Part shown: positions 13,269-24,185 of the stretch, in pieces | Position numbering within the stretch: the stretch's first letter is position 1 | Layout: each line of letters opens with the position of its first letter | The notes under the pieces: generated by a model | Database searches by the model: none | The model's input: the letters and a program-made list of their open reading frames with translations, nothing else | What the model was told of the DNA's origin: nothing | Made by a program: the position numbers and the translations under genes | From: Octopus sinensis | Lineage: Eukaryota | Direction of reading: 5' to 3' | DNA: 64,000 nt | Assembly (NCBI RefSeq): GCF_006345805.1 | Contig: NC_043005.1 | Location: 25,730,001 to 25,794,000 of the forward strand

Positions 13269-13620
13269 TGAGTGGCTGTGTAGTAAGTAGCTTGCTTACG
13301 AACCACATGGTTCCGGGTTCAGTCCCACTGCGTGGCACCTTGGGCAAGTGTCTTCTACTATAGCCTCGGGCCGTCCAAAGCCTTGTGAGTGGATTTGGTA
13401 GACGGAAACTGAATGAAGCCTGTTGTATATATGTATATATATGTATGTGTATGTGTATATGTTTGTGTATCTGTGTTTGTCCCCCTAACATCGCTTGACA
13501 ACCGATGCTAGAATAAGTACTGGGCTTACAAAGAATAAGTCCCGGGGTAGATTTGTTTGACTAAAGGCGGTGCTCTAGCATGGCCGCAGTCAAATGACTG
13601 AAACAAGTAAAAGAGTAAAG
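13269..13620 (+). mobile_element. Near-complete SINE family B with internal microsatellite
   Basis: tRNA-like head (tggctgtgtagtaagtag..ggttccgggttcagtccc), central gcaccttgggcaagtgtctt domain, internal (TA/TG)n, conserved tail. Confidence 0.9.
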
Positions 13621-13679
13621 GGTAATATCTTTCAACGGCGGTGCATCAGCATGGCCGCAGCCCTGAGCAGAAACTAGAA

Positions 13680-13716
<37 letters not shown>

Positions 13717-14725
13717 GGTGAAGTGAAAAAGACAAATGAACGGACGGAAAAGCTCAAGATTTTCTTCTGAATAGATTTCGTCCGCGTCTTGCAAAGAGTG
13801 CCTGTTGGTTTTGATGTTTCTTATCACTAGATCCAAACTGACTGTTGGAATCTGACTGTCCGAAAATCGCTGCAGTGTTTTCATTATATTTTAAATTAAT
13901 TTACGATTGTGTCGCAGTCTGTCGTATACATTGTACTTTGAATCAATTAATTGGAGAGGTGTGAGGTACCACATGATGTCGTGTGGCGTTGTGGGGTAGA
14001 GTCATGGCTTAGTAATATTGTAGATTCTCGTGCGTTTCCTATGAATGTCCTTTAGCTTCGAAATGGACCTGATTAGATACACGTCTGTTCAAGACCTTCC
14101 ACATGTGATCATATGGTTTATTCTGGTATATCTTAGACAATATTATACAATGTGATACTCCATTAAGTTAAGATTTGAATATGTGGCTGCTGTGTCTAAC
14201 ATTTCAAAGAATCTTGTTCTTGGTCTTTGTTTCTTTGTATTTATGTACGTCTCAACTGTGACCTGAGGGGAATGGTGCTGTGTGCTGAGAGAGAGAGAGA
14301 ACGATATATGCAGTTTAGTTACACTACACTTTAGCATTTTTATCACACAAAGTTATTGGTGCAGCACTCCATACATACATACGTACATACATATATACAC
14401 ACACACATAGAAACATACATGCATACATACATACATGCATACATACATACATACATACATAATACATACATACATACATACATACATACATACATACATA
14501 CAGTCGATCTCATGTAAACGTTGACTCCCAATTTTTGGCCCAAAATTTGGAAATGTTCCATAGGCCCCGTATAAAAGTCGACCCTAGTATTCACGAACAA
14601 CAGGACAACATCTGTGGGTCAAGGTACAGTATTATCCTGTACGTAGAAATATCACTGTTACAAAATTGTGTTGTTACCTTACTGTAGCCTGCTCTACAGG
14701 TGGAATGCTTGGTGCTTATAATTGA

Positions 14726-15110
14726 ACTAGCAGTATCGCCCGGTGTTGCTCAGGTTTGTAAGGGAAATAACTATAAAGCATTTTTAGAGAGTTATAGCCA
14801 AAAAATAGAAAAAAAATGGAAAAAAAATGATGGTAAATTTTTTTTGAGAGTTAAAAAGGTGGAGTTGCGTCCCCTAGACGGTCTGTGGTTTGGGTTTCTG
14901 ATTCTCGACCCCATGTCGAATTTATCGATTTTTTTCAGAACTTGGGGAACTTTTCAAAATTTTCGGTGCGTTAGTTTTGAATTATGACATTGGGCTATGT
15001 GTGTGTCAAGTTTCATCAGAATCGGTTGAAAGCCGTGGTCAGAGTGAGGGTACGAGAAAACAGACACACAGAAAACGCACAGACAAACTGCCGTTTATAT
15101 AGAGAGAGAT
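14726..15110 (+). mobile_element. Non-autonomous Helitron-like (Lep1/HINE-style) element
   Basis: Starts actagcagtatcgcccggtgttgctcagg (imperfect subterminal hairpin), contains aagtttcatcagaatcggttga, and ends with acag-type repeats then tttatatagagagagat. Architecture recognised by eye. Confidence 0.55.
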
Positions 15111-15217
15111 GATCGGTGCTTATAGTAAAACACCATCGGCGAACAACAGTAAACGGTATCAATTCGTACAGAGGCATGACTTTGGTAAGCCTAAATATAT
15201 TTAGTTAATCGCTAGAT

Positions 15218-15332
15218 CAGTGGTTCCCAAACTTATCTTGTCGCAGAATCCTTCGTCATTATTTTTAAAAGCGTGGAACATAACTTTCATGGAAAATCCG
15301 GGTTTTCGCAAAACACATTTTGGGAATCCCTG
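15218..15332. mobile_element. hAT (Charlie-like) MITE
   Basis: TIRs cagtggttcccaaa / tttgggaatccctg; the left flank cgctagat resembles the hAT target consensus; TSD not intact. Confidence 0.55.
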
Positions 15333-15870
15333 TTTCAAATTAACTACTCTGCATCATATTATGGACATTTACTCTTAACTGCACATGACATCCTGCCTTT
15401 TCATTTGAAACATGCCGTATTGCGGTAGGTAGTAGCATGTGGGTACCGGGTAGATATGTTACCGATGGTAATATAACATAATTATGAAATATATCGATTT
15501 CACTCAACTAGTCTTTTAAGGTTCATGGATACAAATAAAAGAGGTAATGTAAATATTTAAAAGAGCTACGCGGTCTTCTTTATGGGTTTTGTTATCTACT
15601 GGGAAGTATGTTTTGATGGAAAGAATTGTTAATATTATTGTACTTCATTGTGTTTTTGATTTTATTCGCTTTGAGATCAGTTGGGCTTCTACTGCTGACA
15701 CGGTACTTCGGATTCTAGCTTGAATTTCAGCCCCCCAAAAGTAGTATCCATATATTTTAATTTTTACTTTTATTCTCTTATTCACCTTTATACTTCTTAT
15801 TTCTATCCTTTTTCAAAACAACTCCTCATATTGAACTCTAATATTTCCCTCTATTTAAACATCTCACATC

Positions 15871-15918
15871 GTCTCTGATGAAGGGATATCCCTAATATCC
15901 CAGAAACAGCGGTTAGAC
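15871..15918 (+). ncRNA. Minimal type I hammerhead-ribozyme motif
   Basis: gtct-CTGATGA-a gggatat ccct a atatccc a-GAAA-cagcg-GTT-agac: 4-bp stem I, 7-bp stem II and a near-palindromic stem III. Position 10.1/11.1 is an A.A mismatch. Confidence 0.65.
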
Positions 15919-16441
15919 TACCTTTATCTTTATAAATGCCATATGAATTCCACACAGCATAAGCCCATGATCAGGGATTAGTCGATACCATCGACCTAAA
16001 GGATATGATTGGTGTCTTATTTTATCGACCGTGAAGAAAGGAAAGGCAAGGTTGACGTTGGTGGGCTTTGAACTCAAAACGTGAAGAAGCCGAATAAAAT
16101 ACTGGAAAGCTTATTTTCTGATTCTGCCAGCTGACTTCTTTTGTCAAAGGAATATTAACATTGAGAAATGGGAACGCACGTATCCCTAGAATACTATGTT
16201 GAGAATAAAATATAAACATTTTGCTTTTGTCTTTAGCTCCCCTAGTTCCACTGAAGCAGGAATACAGTCAAAGACATTCCAGCCAGACTTTCTTGACATA
16301 TTTTACATCGAAAACTGCAATTTGTCGGTTCTGAAGATGCTAAAGTGTGATTCAACGAAAATTTGGACAGTTATTTCTGATATGTTAAATAGCAACATAA
16401 AGTTTCGATGAACTAAGATTTTGCTGTCACTTAACCGAATA

Positions 16442-16576
16442 TAGTAGCTAGCTAGGAGTGCGGGCTAGGGAGTGCTCCTCTCGGCAATCCTTTTGGTTTT
16501 GCAGTATTTGTAGTGAGGGCCCAGTGTAGAAACTGCAAACTCAAGGGTTGCGTAACACACTCTAACTACGCCACTG
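16442..16576. mobile_element. Small MITE with cagtggcgtag-type TIRs (decayed)
   Basis: Right end ctaactacgccactg; left end tagtagctagctagg is a degenerate inverted match. Confidence 0.35.
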
Positions 16577-17316
16577 CCCGAATGCGGTGCCTTGAACTTT
16601 GGATTAGGCCTCATTAATGCTGCGCATCTCTTCCTGATTTTGTTTACAGCAATTACAGAAGATGGAAGTGGCTTCCTAATAGATATTTTATGTTTTCAAT
16701 TTGCTTTACATCCCTGTAGAAAGCCTAAGTTCAGCTTGAAATGGTGTCTCTCTTGTCGAGATGTATTTCAGGTTTTATTTCTTGGTAATGATCATGCAAT
16801 AATTGTTGGAAGTATATATCTTGGAATTGTCGTTTCATAGAGCTCTTCTACGTTGAAACGTAGCGTGAGGAAATGGTTAAGAAGTTCGTTTCGTAATGGC
16901 AAGATCACGGGCTCGATCCCACAGTGTGACATCTTGGTCTTTATATTTTTCTACAGCTTCAAGGTGGGCGCAATATTCGACACTGAGAATGATCAGAGGA
17001 AAGTTGTGTGTAAACGAATTGTATGTATTTAAATGTCCAACCTTGTCATACGATATGTCACTGTGATACTCTCTGATGATTACATTACCAGTACACGTGC
17101 CTGTGGAATATTCAGCCATTTATATGTCATTTCAATGAGTAGAAACACCAGTTGATCGAACTCTTGAATCTGTTGTGTACACAATATGATAGCAAGTTGC
17201 CCTGATTAATCCAGAGAGCGGTTTCATGCACATTTTCGCTGCTTTGTCTCATAAATTAAACTTTATTTTCCTCCTCGTGTATCTCATACTTTTGTAGTTA
17301 TTCCATACAGTAATTC

Positions 17317-17690
17317 GAGGAGGCGCAATGGCCTAGTAGTTATGGCAGCGGACACACGCTCGCAGGATCTTGGTTTCTATTCCCAGACCGGGTTTTGTGA
17401 GAGTTTATTAAGCGAAAACACCTAAAACGCCATGAGGCTCCAGCAGGGGGTGGTGGCGAACCCTGCTGTACTCTTTCCCTACAACTTTCTGTCACTCTTT
17501 CTTCCTGTTGTACCTGCATTTCAAAGAGCCAGCCTTGTCACACTCTGTGTCACGCTGATTCTCCTTGAGAACTACGTTAAGGGTACACGTGTCTTTGGAG
17601 TGCTCAGCCACTTGCACGTTAATTTCACGAGCAAGCTGTTCCGTTGATCGTATCAACTGGAACCCTCGTCATCGTAACCGACGGAGTGCC
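17317..17690 (+). mobile_element. tRNA-derived SINE family C (type 1 tail)
   Basis: Head ggaggcgcaatggcctagtagtta (A box) ..ggtttctattccc (B box); the 5' 200 bp match 54830-54995 on the minus strand. Confidence 0.85.
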
Positions 17691-18658
17691 ACGATACAGT
17701 AATTTATACGTCTTCCATAAATGCATAAATGTTTTCGAACCTACCTCCACATCTATGCGTCTTGCAACATCAATCGTTTTTCATATAATATTTTGTACTC
17801 CACCACATAATTCTTTGTAAGCATTTTAATATGTCTATCGGTCGAATGAACTGAATATAATTACTGTTAGTGAATAAATAACAAAATATTGTTGTTGTTG
17901 TCGTCGTTATCATCATCACTATTATCACCATCACCTTGTGGTATTCGTCGTTTACACTGTAATGTTTTGTTGTGGATAGTTTCAGCTTTAAAACATTATA
18001 AGTATTACCAAGCAATAAATATCAATTGTATAAAATATTTTGAGACAGAAAAATTCAATCATGCACCCACACACACACACATACAAACACACACACATAC
18101 ACACATACACACACACACACACACACACGCACACACATACACACACACACGCACGCACACACACGAACACACACATCGCAAACAGGGATACGCCCACACG
18201 TAGAAAGGTGATATAAAACATTTGAACCAAATTTTTACACCATATACAATTCTATTCGCTTTTGTTTTCAATCCATCCACTTTCATTGTCTGATTTTCAT
18301 ATGAATTCAAAAATAATTTCTTTGCTTAAAATCTAGAGAGACAAAAATACCCATAAATGTATAAAACCAAAATATATTTTCAATTTGTAATAACATTCAT
18401 GGATTTTTATTCTATATATTTCAATGCAATTCGGTTTGTCATAGATTTCTTATACTTCCGATTCTTAATTCTTACTTTTATAATTCATTTGTAATATAAT
18501 CATTTGATACGTGAGGTTTTGTTAAGTTGAGATGTTTTTCATTTCATAACTGTTTATTTTGTTTCAGACACCCTTTATTTTAGAATTTATTAGATCGATT
18601 AATTATTCAGAGACTCTGTTCTTGAAATAGAAAACTTGCGGGCGTTTATTATTGACCA

Positions 18659-18703
<45 letters not shown>

Positions 18704-18716
18704 CCTCCCCCCTCTG

Positions 18717-18779
<63 letters not shown>

Positions 18780-19325
18780 TGTGTGTGTGTGTGTGTGTGT
18801 AAGTGTGTGTGTCTGTGTGTGTGTGTGTCTGTATAAAACAAGTTAGAATATGGTAAAATGATTTATCATGAAATACACTTTGTAAAAGTAGGTACAGGTT
18901 TCAGTCTTTTCTACTTTTTCAACTAAGAGTTAGACAAGAAAAACAATTATATTGAAAAAAAAAATTAAATGAAATGTTTTGTATTTCTATAGTCTTCAAA
19001 TATGTAGGGCATTTTCCTTTTTTCTGTCTGTCTGTCTGCCTCTCTTTTCTTTTGTGAAGGCTCGGTAGTAACAGATCTAAAGAAATAGTGGTTTTGGGTG
19101 CAAAGAAATGTCTGATTCTGAAGTTTGATGGTTTAAGCTGCAGCAGCCAAGGAAGGAGACGGCGAAGAAGAGGAAGACGAGAGTGCTATGACCCAGTAGT
19201 AGAGCACTCCGTTGAATCTACTTTAATGGTCAAGTAACCGAAAAGTGACCTGTTGTGGTTATAGTAGTGGTAGGAACTGTTGTAACTAAATTCATGGGTA
19301 GCGACTGTTCTTAATATATCTGTTT

Positions 19326-19381
<56 letters not shown>

Positions 19382-19418
19382 ATATATATGGACCTAATAT
19401 GTAGAAGGAACTATAAAA

Positions 19419-19470
<52 letters not shown>

Positions 19471-19560
19471 CATACATACATACATACATACATACATACT
19501 ACATACATACATTATGTGTGTAAGTACATAAATTGATTAATTAATTAATTAATTAAATAA

Positions 19561-19656
19561 GTATACATGCAACTGTTTATGCATACACGTAGACATTTTA
19601 ATTGTAAAGTATACATGCAACTGTTTGTGCATACATGTACACATTTTAATTATAAA
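19561..19656 (+). repeat. Two-copy 48-bp tandem repeat upstream of the R4-type ORF
   Basis: gtatacatgcaactgtttatgcatacacgtagacattttaattgtaaa at 19561-19608, near-identical copy at 19609-19656. Confidence 0.9.
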
Positions 19657-19809
19657 GCATAAATAATGCTTACACGCGCTCACACGTACACACAGAAAGA
19701 AAAACCACGTTACGCGGACGAAAACAAAACAAAAACAAAGCGATTTTTCACGAACAAACGCCAAAAAAGAGCAAATTGGTCACTGAATTTAGAAAGTCAC
19801 TGAACAGTT

Positions 19810-22800
19810 ATGCCCGGAAACATGACTACCAAAATAAATAGAGGCGAATTTCGATCTGTAAGTCTTACGCGAGTTCGATATGAACAATATATTAATTCGG
19901 AGAATTCAGAAGCGGTGTCTTGTCAAAAAATTGACCCTGTACAAACACTCCCTTCTTCTAACGTCACCGTCACAGAAGCGGCGTCTTGTCAAAAAGTTGA
20001 CCCTGAAAAAATGGACCCCTCTGATGTCGCCGTCAATCATTTAATGAAAACAAGCCAAAAATCATGCCGGATCGGTCATCGCCCGGGACAACAAGGACCG
20101 CGTTACCCAGTAGGGAACCAGACTGGGGTCGAAAAGTTTGCTGCTGGAACAAACTCTCAAAAAGACGATCTACCAGGTGACCAGAACCAGAATACTTCTA
20201 ACTCTGGACTTGTAGTGACACCACCAAAAACACCACCTAAAGCAAAACGTATAAAATGGACCAGAGAGGACTATAGAGATGTGTTGAAAGCTTTTTATAC
20301 AGCCCAACTAAACCCAAACAATAACCTCAGTGTACAAACATACATCTCATGGAGAAATTCAGTAGGCAATGACGTACGTAGATATATAGACGCAAATAAA
20401 TTAAGTAATGTACGCAGAGATATAATTAAAAACAAAAGACTAACTGACGCTGAAATGGACAAAATTAGGACACTAATAGCTCATGGTAGACCAAAAGAAA
20501 ACAGCAACAATGTAGACGAAATAGGTAACAGTAGCACAGAAGCCAGTGTACAAGCGGCAAATCAACTTCCCAATGGGGAAGTTAAACAAAGAATAGCGAA
20601 GACGAGAGATTTGAAAAAAGAGGAGAACGTAGACCTTCCTCAAGAAAACCAAAATAGATATGACATAGAATTTGAGGTGAATAATAGAGAAAAGATTATG
20701 GAAGCAAAAGTGGACATTATGAGAGAACTCGGCAAGATTGAGCTCACTGACATGGTTAATAGAGAACCACTACCAAAGTTTTCAAATGGCACAAGAAATG
20801 ACAACACAATCATGACATATAACGTTGCCCTAGGACAGATCTTAAGAAATAAGGGGAATGATTTGACAACCTTAAATAATCTCATTTATTCAACTGCTAA
20901 AGTAGTAACTACCCAACTAGGTATTAAGATGACAAAGAAAAAGGCCAGGCATGTCAATGAACCTCCTAAGTGGAAAGTAGCGATACAAAAAGAGATTGAA
21001 TCTCTGCGGGCGGATGTTTCAGTTCTCGATGAGCTTGCTAGAGGAGTGAATATTAAGCCGAGAAAAGCTAGAAAAATCAAGCAAAAATATAAAATCAAAG
21101 ATCTCATAAACCTCCCTGCAACTAAGGAACTGTTGAAACAACGGATACAGTTGAAAGCTCAACGGCTTAGAAGGTATGACAAAAGAAACAAATTGTATCG
21201 ACAAAATAAAGTTTTTAAGACAGATGCAAAGAAATTTTATAGGGAAATTGGCAAAAATAAAATACACATAGAAGATCCACCTAAGATTGAGGATGTGGAG
21301 GAGTTCTGGAAGAAGGTATGGAGCAACGAAAAAGAGTTTAATGCTGAGGCTGACTGGATAGAACGTGAGAAAGAGAGACTGGATGAACTTGAAGAACAGA
21401 AATGGGAAGCAATAGGAATAGAGGAGCTAAGGTGTGTCCTTAGGAAGGCTCATAAATGGAAAACCCCAGGACTGGATCGGATCCCTAACTTCTGGCTGAA
21501 TTGTTTGACAGAGGTACACGAACATCTCGCTGCATCTCTGTCTGATGTCATTCAGAACCCAGAGCAAATACCTGCTTGGCTGACTGAAGGAACCACCTAC
21601 CTATTACCTAAAACCGAAGACACAAAAAACCCAAAGAATTACCGGCCAATAACATGTCTCAACACCACCTACAAAATCCTCACATCCATAATAACGGAGA
21701 GAATGTACGCTTTCCTTGAACAAAATTCTATCCTTCCACAAGCTCAAAAAGGTTGTAAAAGAAACTCTTATGGGTGCAAAGACCAATTGCTCATAAACAG
21801 AATGATTGTAGAGAATTGCCGGAGCAAAAACAAAAACCTGAGTATGGCATGGATAGACTACAGGAAAGCGTATGACAGTGTCCCACATAAATGGATACTC
21901 AAGGCCCTTGAGATATACAAGATCTCTCCTGTCGTCTCAAAATTCTTAGAGAATAGCATGACCATGTGGAACACACGTCTCTTTCTAAGCCATAGTAATG
22001 GGATGAGCCAGTCCAATAGCATCAACATCAAACGAGGCATCTTTCAAGGTGACTCCCTCTCTCCATTACTTTTTTGCATGGCACTGATCCCACTCTCAAA
22101 CGAATTGGATAGTACCAGATATGGGTACAAAGTTTTTAGTAAGTTAATAAACCACCTTTTCTATATGGACGACCTAAAGCTGTTTGCCAGGAATGACCAA
22201 GAACTAGAAGGGCTGCTAACAACTGTTAAAGAGTTTAGCAATGATATTGGGATGGATTTTGGCCTTGATAAGTGTGCTAAAGCAACTTTTGTAAGAGGCA
22301 AGCTCAGGCAAACAGCTTCTGTTAAATTAGATATTGACACTACCATCAAGGAACTTGACCCACAAGAAAGTTACAAATACCTAGGAATCAACGAAGGAGA
22401 TGGTATACATCATGCTACTATGAAGGAAAAGATAAGAAAGGAATATTATAGGAGAATAAGGCTTGTACTGAAGACTGAACTCAACTCCAAAAATTGCATT
22501 GAGGCCATTAACACCCTGGCACTTCCAGTAGTCCAGTACAGTTTTAACATCATTAACTGGAACCTTACGGAACTCCAACGCTTGGACAGGAAGACAAGAA
22601 AGTTACTGACATCCAAGAGCATGCACCACCCTAAGGCAGATGTAGACCGCTTGTACCTACCTAGAAGCAGCGGGGGGAGAGGAATGATGCAATTAGAGCT
22701 GTGCCATAAGACCTCTACTGTAGGAATGAACAGGTACCTATCTAGTACAAAGGACTGGATGCTGCGACTTGTGTGCGAACACGAAAGCAGCAAAAAGCTG

Positions 22801-23715
22801 CATTCTATTGTCAAGGAAGCTTATAAGTTCGAAAGGGAACTAGACGTTAACCTTGAATCAGATGAAGAGTCGGAAACCACTGCTACCAAGCAAGCAAAGC
22901 GAATCAAGCAGACTGCAAAAAAGAACGGGCAGAATCAAATTGAGAGGCGGTGGAGCCAGAAGCCCCTGCATGGACAATATATTCTCCGAAGCCAAAATGC
23001 TGATGTAGACCAAGCAACAACCCATCAGTGGCTGAAGAGCTCTGGATTGAAAGCAGAGACTGAAGGCTTCATAATGGCAGCACAAGATCAAAGCTTGTTT
23101 ACCAGAAATTACCAGGCTAACGTTCTCCGAAACGGTACTGACCCTAAATGCAGATTCTGTGACACATTTGACGAAACAATAGACCATCTCGTTTCGGGAT
23201 GTCCTGTGCTGACACCAAACGAATACAAAAATCGCCACGATAGGGTAGGACAGTATATACATTGGAAGATATGTAAACACTACAAATCCGACACTCCTGC
23301 TAACTGGTATGAACACCATCCTCAGCCAGTTGTTGAAGGTAAAGATGTCACCATCCTCTGGGATTTTCCAGTCAACACTGACAGAACGATCAAGGCTAAT
23401 CGACCAGACATAATTGTGAAAGACAGGGAAGAAAATACCTGCAGACTAATAGAAGTAAGCGTTCCCACTGATAAAAATGTATCTGTCAAGGAATTTGACA
23501 AACTTAGTAAATATAAGGACCTAGAAATCGAAATACAGAGGATGTGGAATCTTAAAACAAAAACTGTTCCTGTTATTGTAGGTGCCCTAGGTATGATAAA
23601 AAAGGGATGTCAGAAACACCTAGACAATATCCCTGGAAAACCATGTCTCAAGGAAATCCAAAAGATTGTGCTAACAAGTACTGCCCACATCCTTAGAAAA
23701 ACCCTATCAATGTAA
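19810..23715 (+). CDS. 1301-aa reverse transcriptase / restriction-like endonuclease polyprotein (R4/Dong-like)
   Basis: N-terminal KWTREDY..VLKAFY motif; RT motifs KTPGLDRIPNFW, NYRPITCL, WIDYRKAYDSVPH, QGDSLSPLLF, YMDD, YKYLG; CRFC-x8-H-x4-C knuckle; RHD; RPDIIV..IEVSVP..KLSKYKDL nuclease. No stops or frameshifts. Confidence 0.95.
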   Translation: MPGNMTTKINRGEFRSVSLTRVRYEQYINSENSEAVSCQKIDPVQTLPSSNVTVTEAASCQKVDPEKMDPSDVAVNHLMKTSQKSCRIGHRPGQQGPRYPVGNQTGVEKFAAGTNSQKDDLPGDQNQNTSNSGLVVTPPKTPPKAKRIKWTREDYRDVLKAFYTAQLNPNNNLSVQTYISWRNSVGNDVRRYIDANKLSNVRRDIIKNKRLTDAEMDKIRTLIAHGRPKENSNNVDEIGNSSTEASVQAANQLPNGEVKQRIAKTRDLKKEENVDLPQENQNRYDIEFEVNNREKIMEAKVDIMRELGKIELTDMVNREPLPKFSNGTRNDNTIMTYNVALGQILRNKGNDLTTLNNLIYSTAKVVTTQLGIKMTKKKARHVNEPPKWKVAIQKEIESLRADVSVLDELARGVNIKPRKARKIKQKYKIKDLINLPATKELLKQRIQLKAQRLRRYDKRNKLYRQNKVFKTDAKKFYREIGKNKIHIEDPPKIEDVEEFWKKVWSNEKEFNAEADWIEREKERLDELEEQKWEAIGIEELRCVLRKAHKWKTPGLDRIPNFWLNCLTEVHEHLAASLSDVIQNPEQIPAWLTEGTTYLLPKTEDTKNPKNYRPITCLNTTYKILTSIITERMYAFLEQNSILPQAQKGCKRNSYGCKDQLLINRMIVENCRSKNKNLSMAWIDYRKAYDSVPHKWILKALEIYKISPVVSKFLENSMTMWNTRLFLSHSNGMSQSNSINIKRGIFQGDSLSPLLFCMALIPLSNELDSTRYGYKVFSKLINHLFYMDDLKLFARNDQELEGLLTTVKEFSNDIGMDFGLDKCAKATFVRGKLRQTASVKLDIDTTIKELDPQESYKYLGINEGDGIHHATMKEKIRKEYYRRIRLVLKTELNSKNCIEAINTLALPVVQYSFNIINWNLTELQRLDRKTRKLLTSKSMHHPKADVDRLYLPRSSGGRGMMQLELCHKTSTVGMNRYLSSTKDWMLRLVCEHESSKKLHSIVKEAYKFERELDVNLESDEESETTATKQAKRIKQTAKKNGQNQIERRWSQKPLHGQYILRSQNADVDQATTHQWLKSSGLKAETEGFIMAAQDQSLFTRNYQANVLRNGTDPKCRFCDTFDETIDHLVSGCPVLTPNEYKNRHDRVGQYIHWKICKHYKSDTPANWYEHHPQPVVEGKDVTILWDFPVNTDRTIKANRPDIIVKDREENTCRLIEVSVPTDKNVSVKEFDKLSKYKDLEIEIQRMWNLKTKTVPVIVGALGMIKKGCQKHLDNIPGKPCLKEIQKIVLTSTAHILRKTLSM

Positions 23716-23869
23716 ATGTTTGTGTTTGCATTACATGGAGATATATCTCTACTTCCCCTTCCCAAGCTTTCAGCTATATTTCAACAACTCTGAACCTTCA
23801 CTTGCTCTAGGGCGCTGGGTGTGCTCCGGCAAGTGATTGCATCAAACATGCAGATTAAAAGTAAATGAC

Positions 23870-23904
<35 letters not shown>

Positions 23905-23909
23905 TAATA
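23870..23909 (+). repeat. (AAT)n tail of the retrotransposon
   Basis: Directly follows the 3' UTR ending ...taaatgac. Confidence 0.9.
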
Positions 23910-24125
23910 GAATGAATGTGACCTTGATATTATGTAAATAGAGGAATTTATTTATAAATATATATGACAATCAGTTGGTTGTCATAATACAACTCAGAGT
24001 TTCGGATGCCGGGGCTTAAGTCTGCTCCGGCATCTCACCAGAACTGATGAGATGCCGGAGCAGATATCAGCCCTGGCATCCGAAACTCTAAGTTTTATTA
24101 TGACAACCAGCTAATTGTCACATAT
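23910..24125. mobile_element. Foldback (palindromic) repeat element, copy 1
   Basis: Inverted arms across 23965-24120 (tgacaat..gagtttcggatgccgg..catctca / tgagatgccgg..catccgaaactc..attgtca); the left flank is homologous to 39071-39113. Confidence 0.8.

Positions 24126-24185
<60 letters not shown>

Larger units (their letters stand above)
19561..23869 (+). mobile_element. Full-length R4/Dong-clade (RLE-type) non-LTR retrotransposon; 5' boundary uncertain
   Basis: Single long ORF, 154-nt 3' UTR, then (AAT)n from 23870; the 5' side is bounded by a (TTAA)n tract at about 19537-19556. Confidence 0.85.

Noticed and set aside
20050-20150. Possible HDV-like ribozyme in the 5' part of the R4-type element (cccagt/actggg hairpin followed by CGAA)
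   Set aside because: Could not build the P1, P2 and P3 pairings; not supported.
20640-23319. Minus-strand ORFs overlapping the retrotransposon ORF
   Set aside because: Antisense shadow frames with no recognisable motifs.
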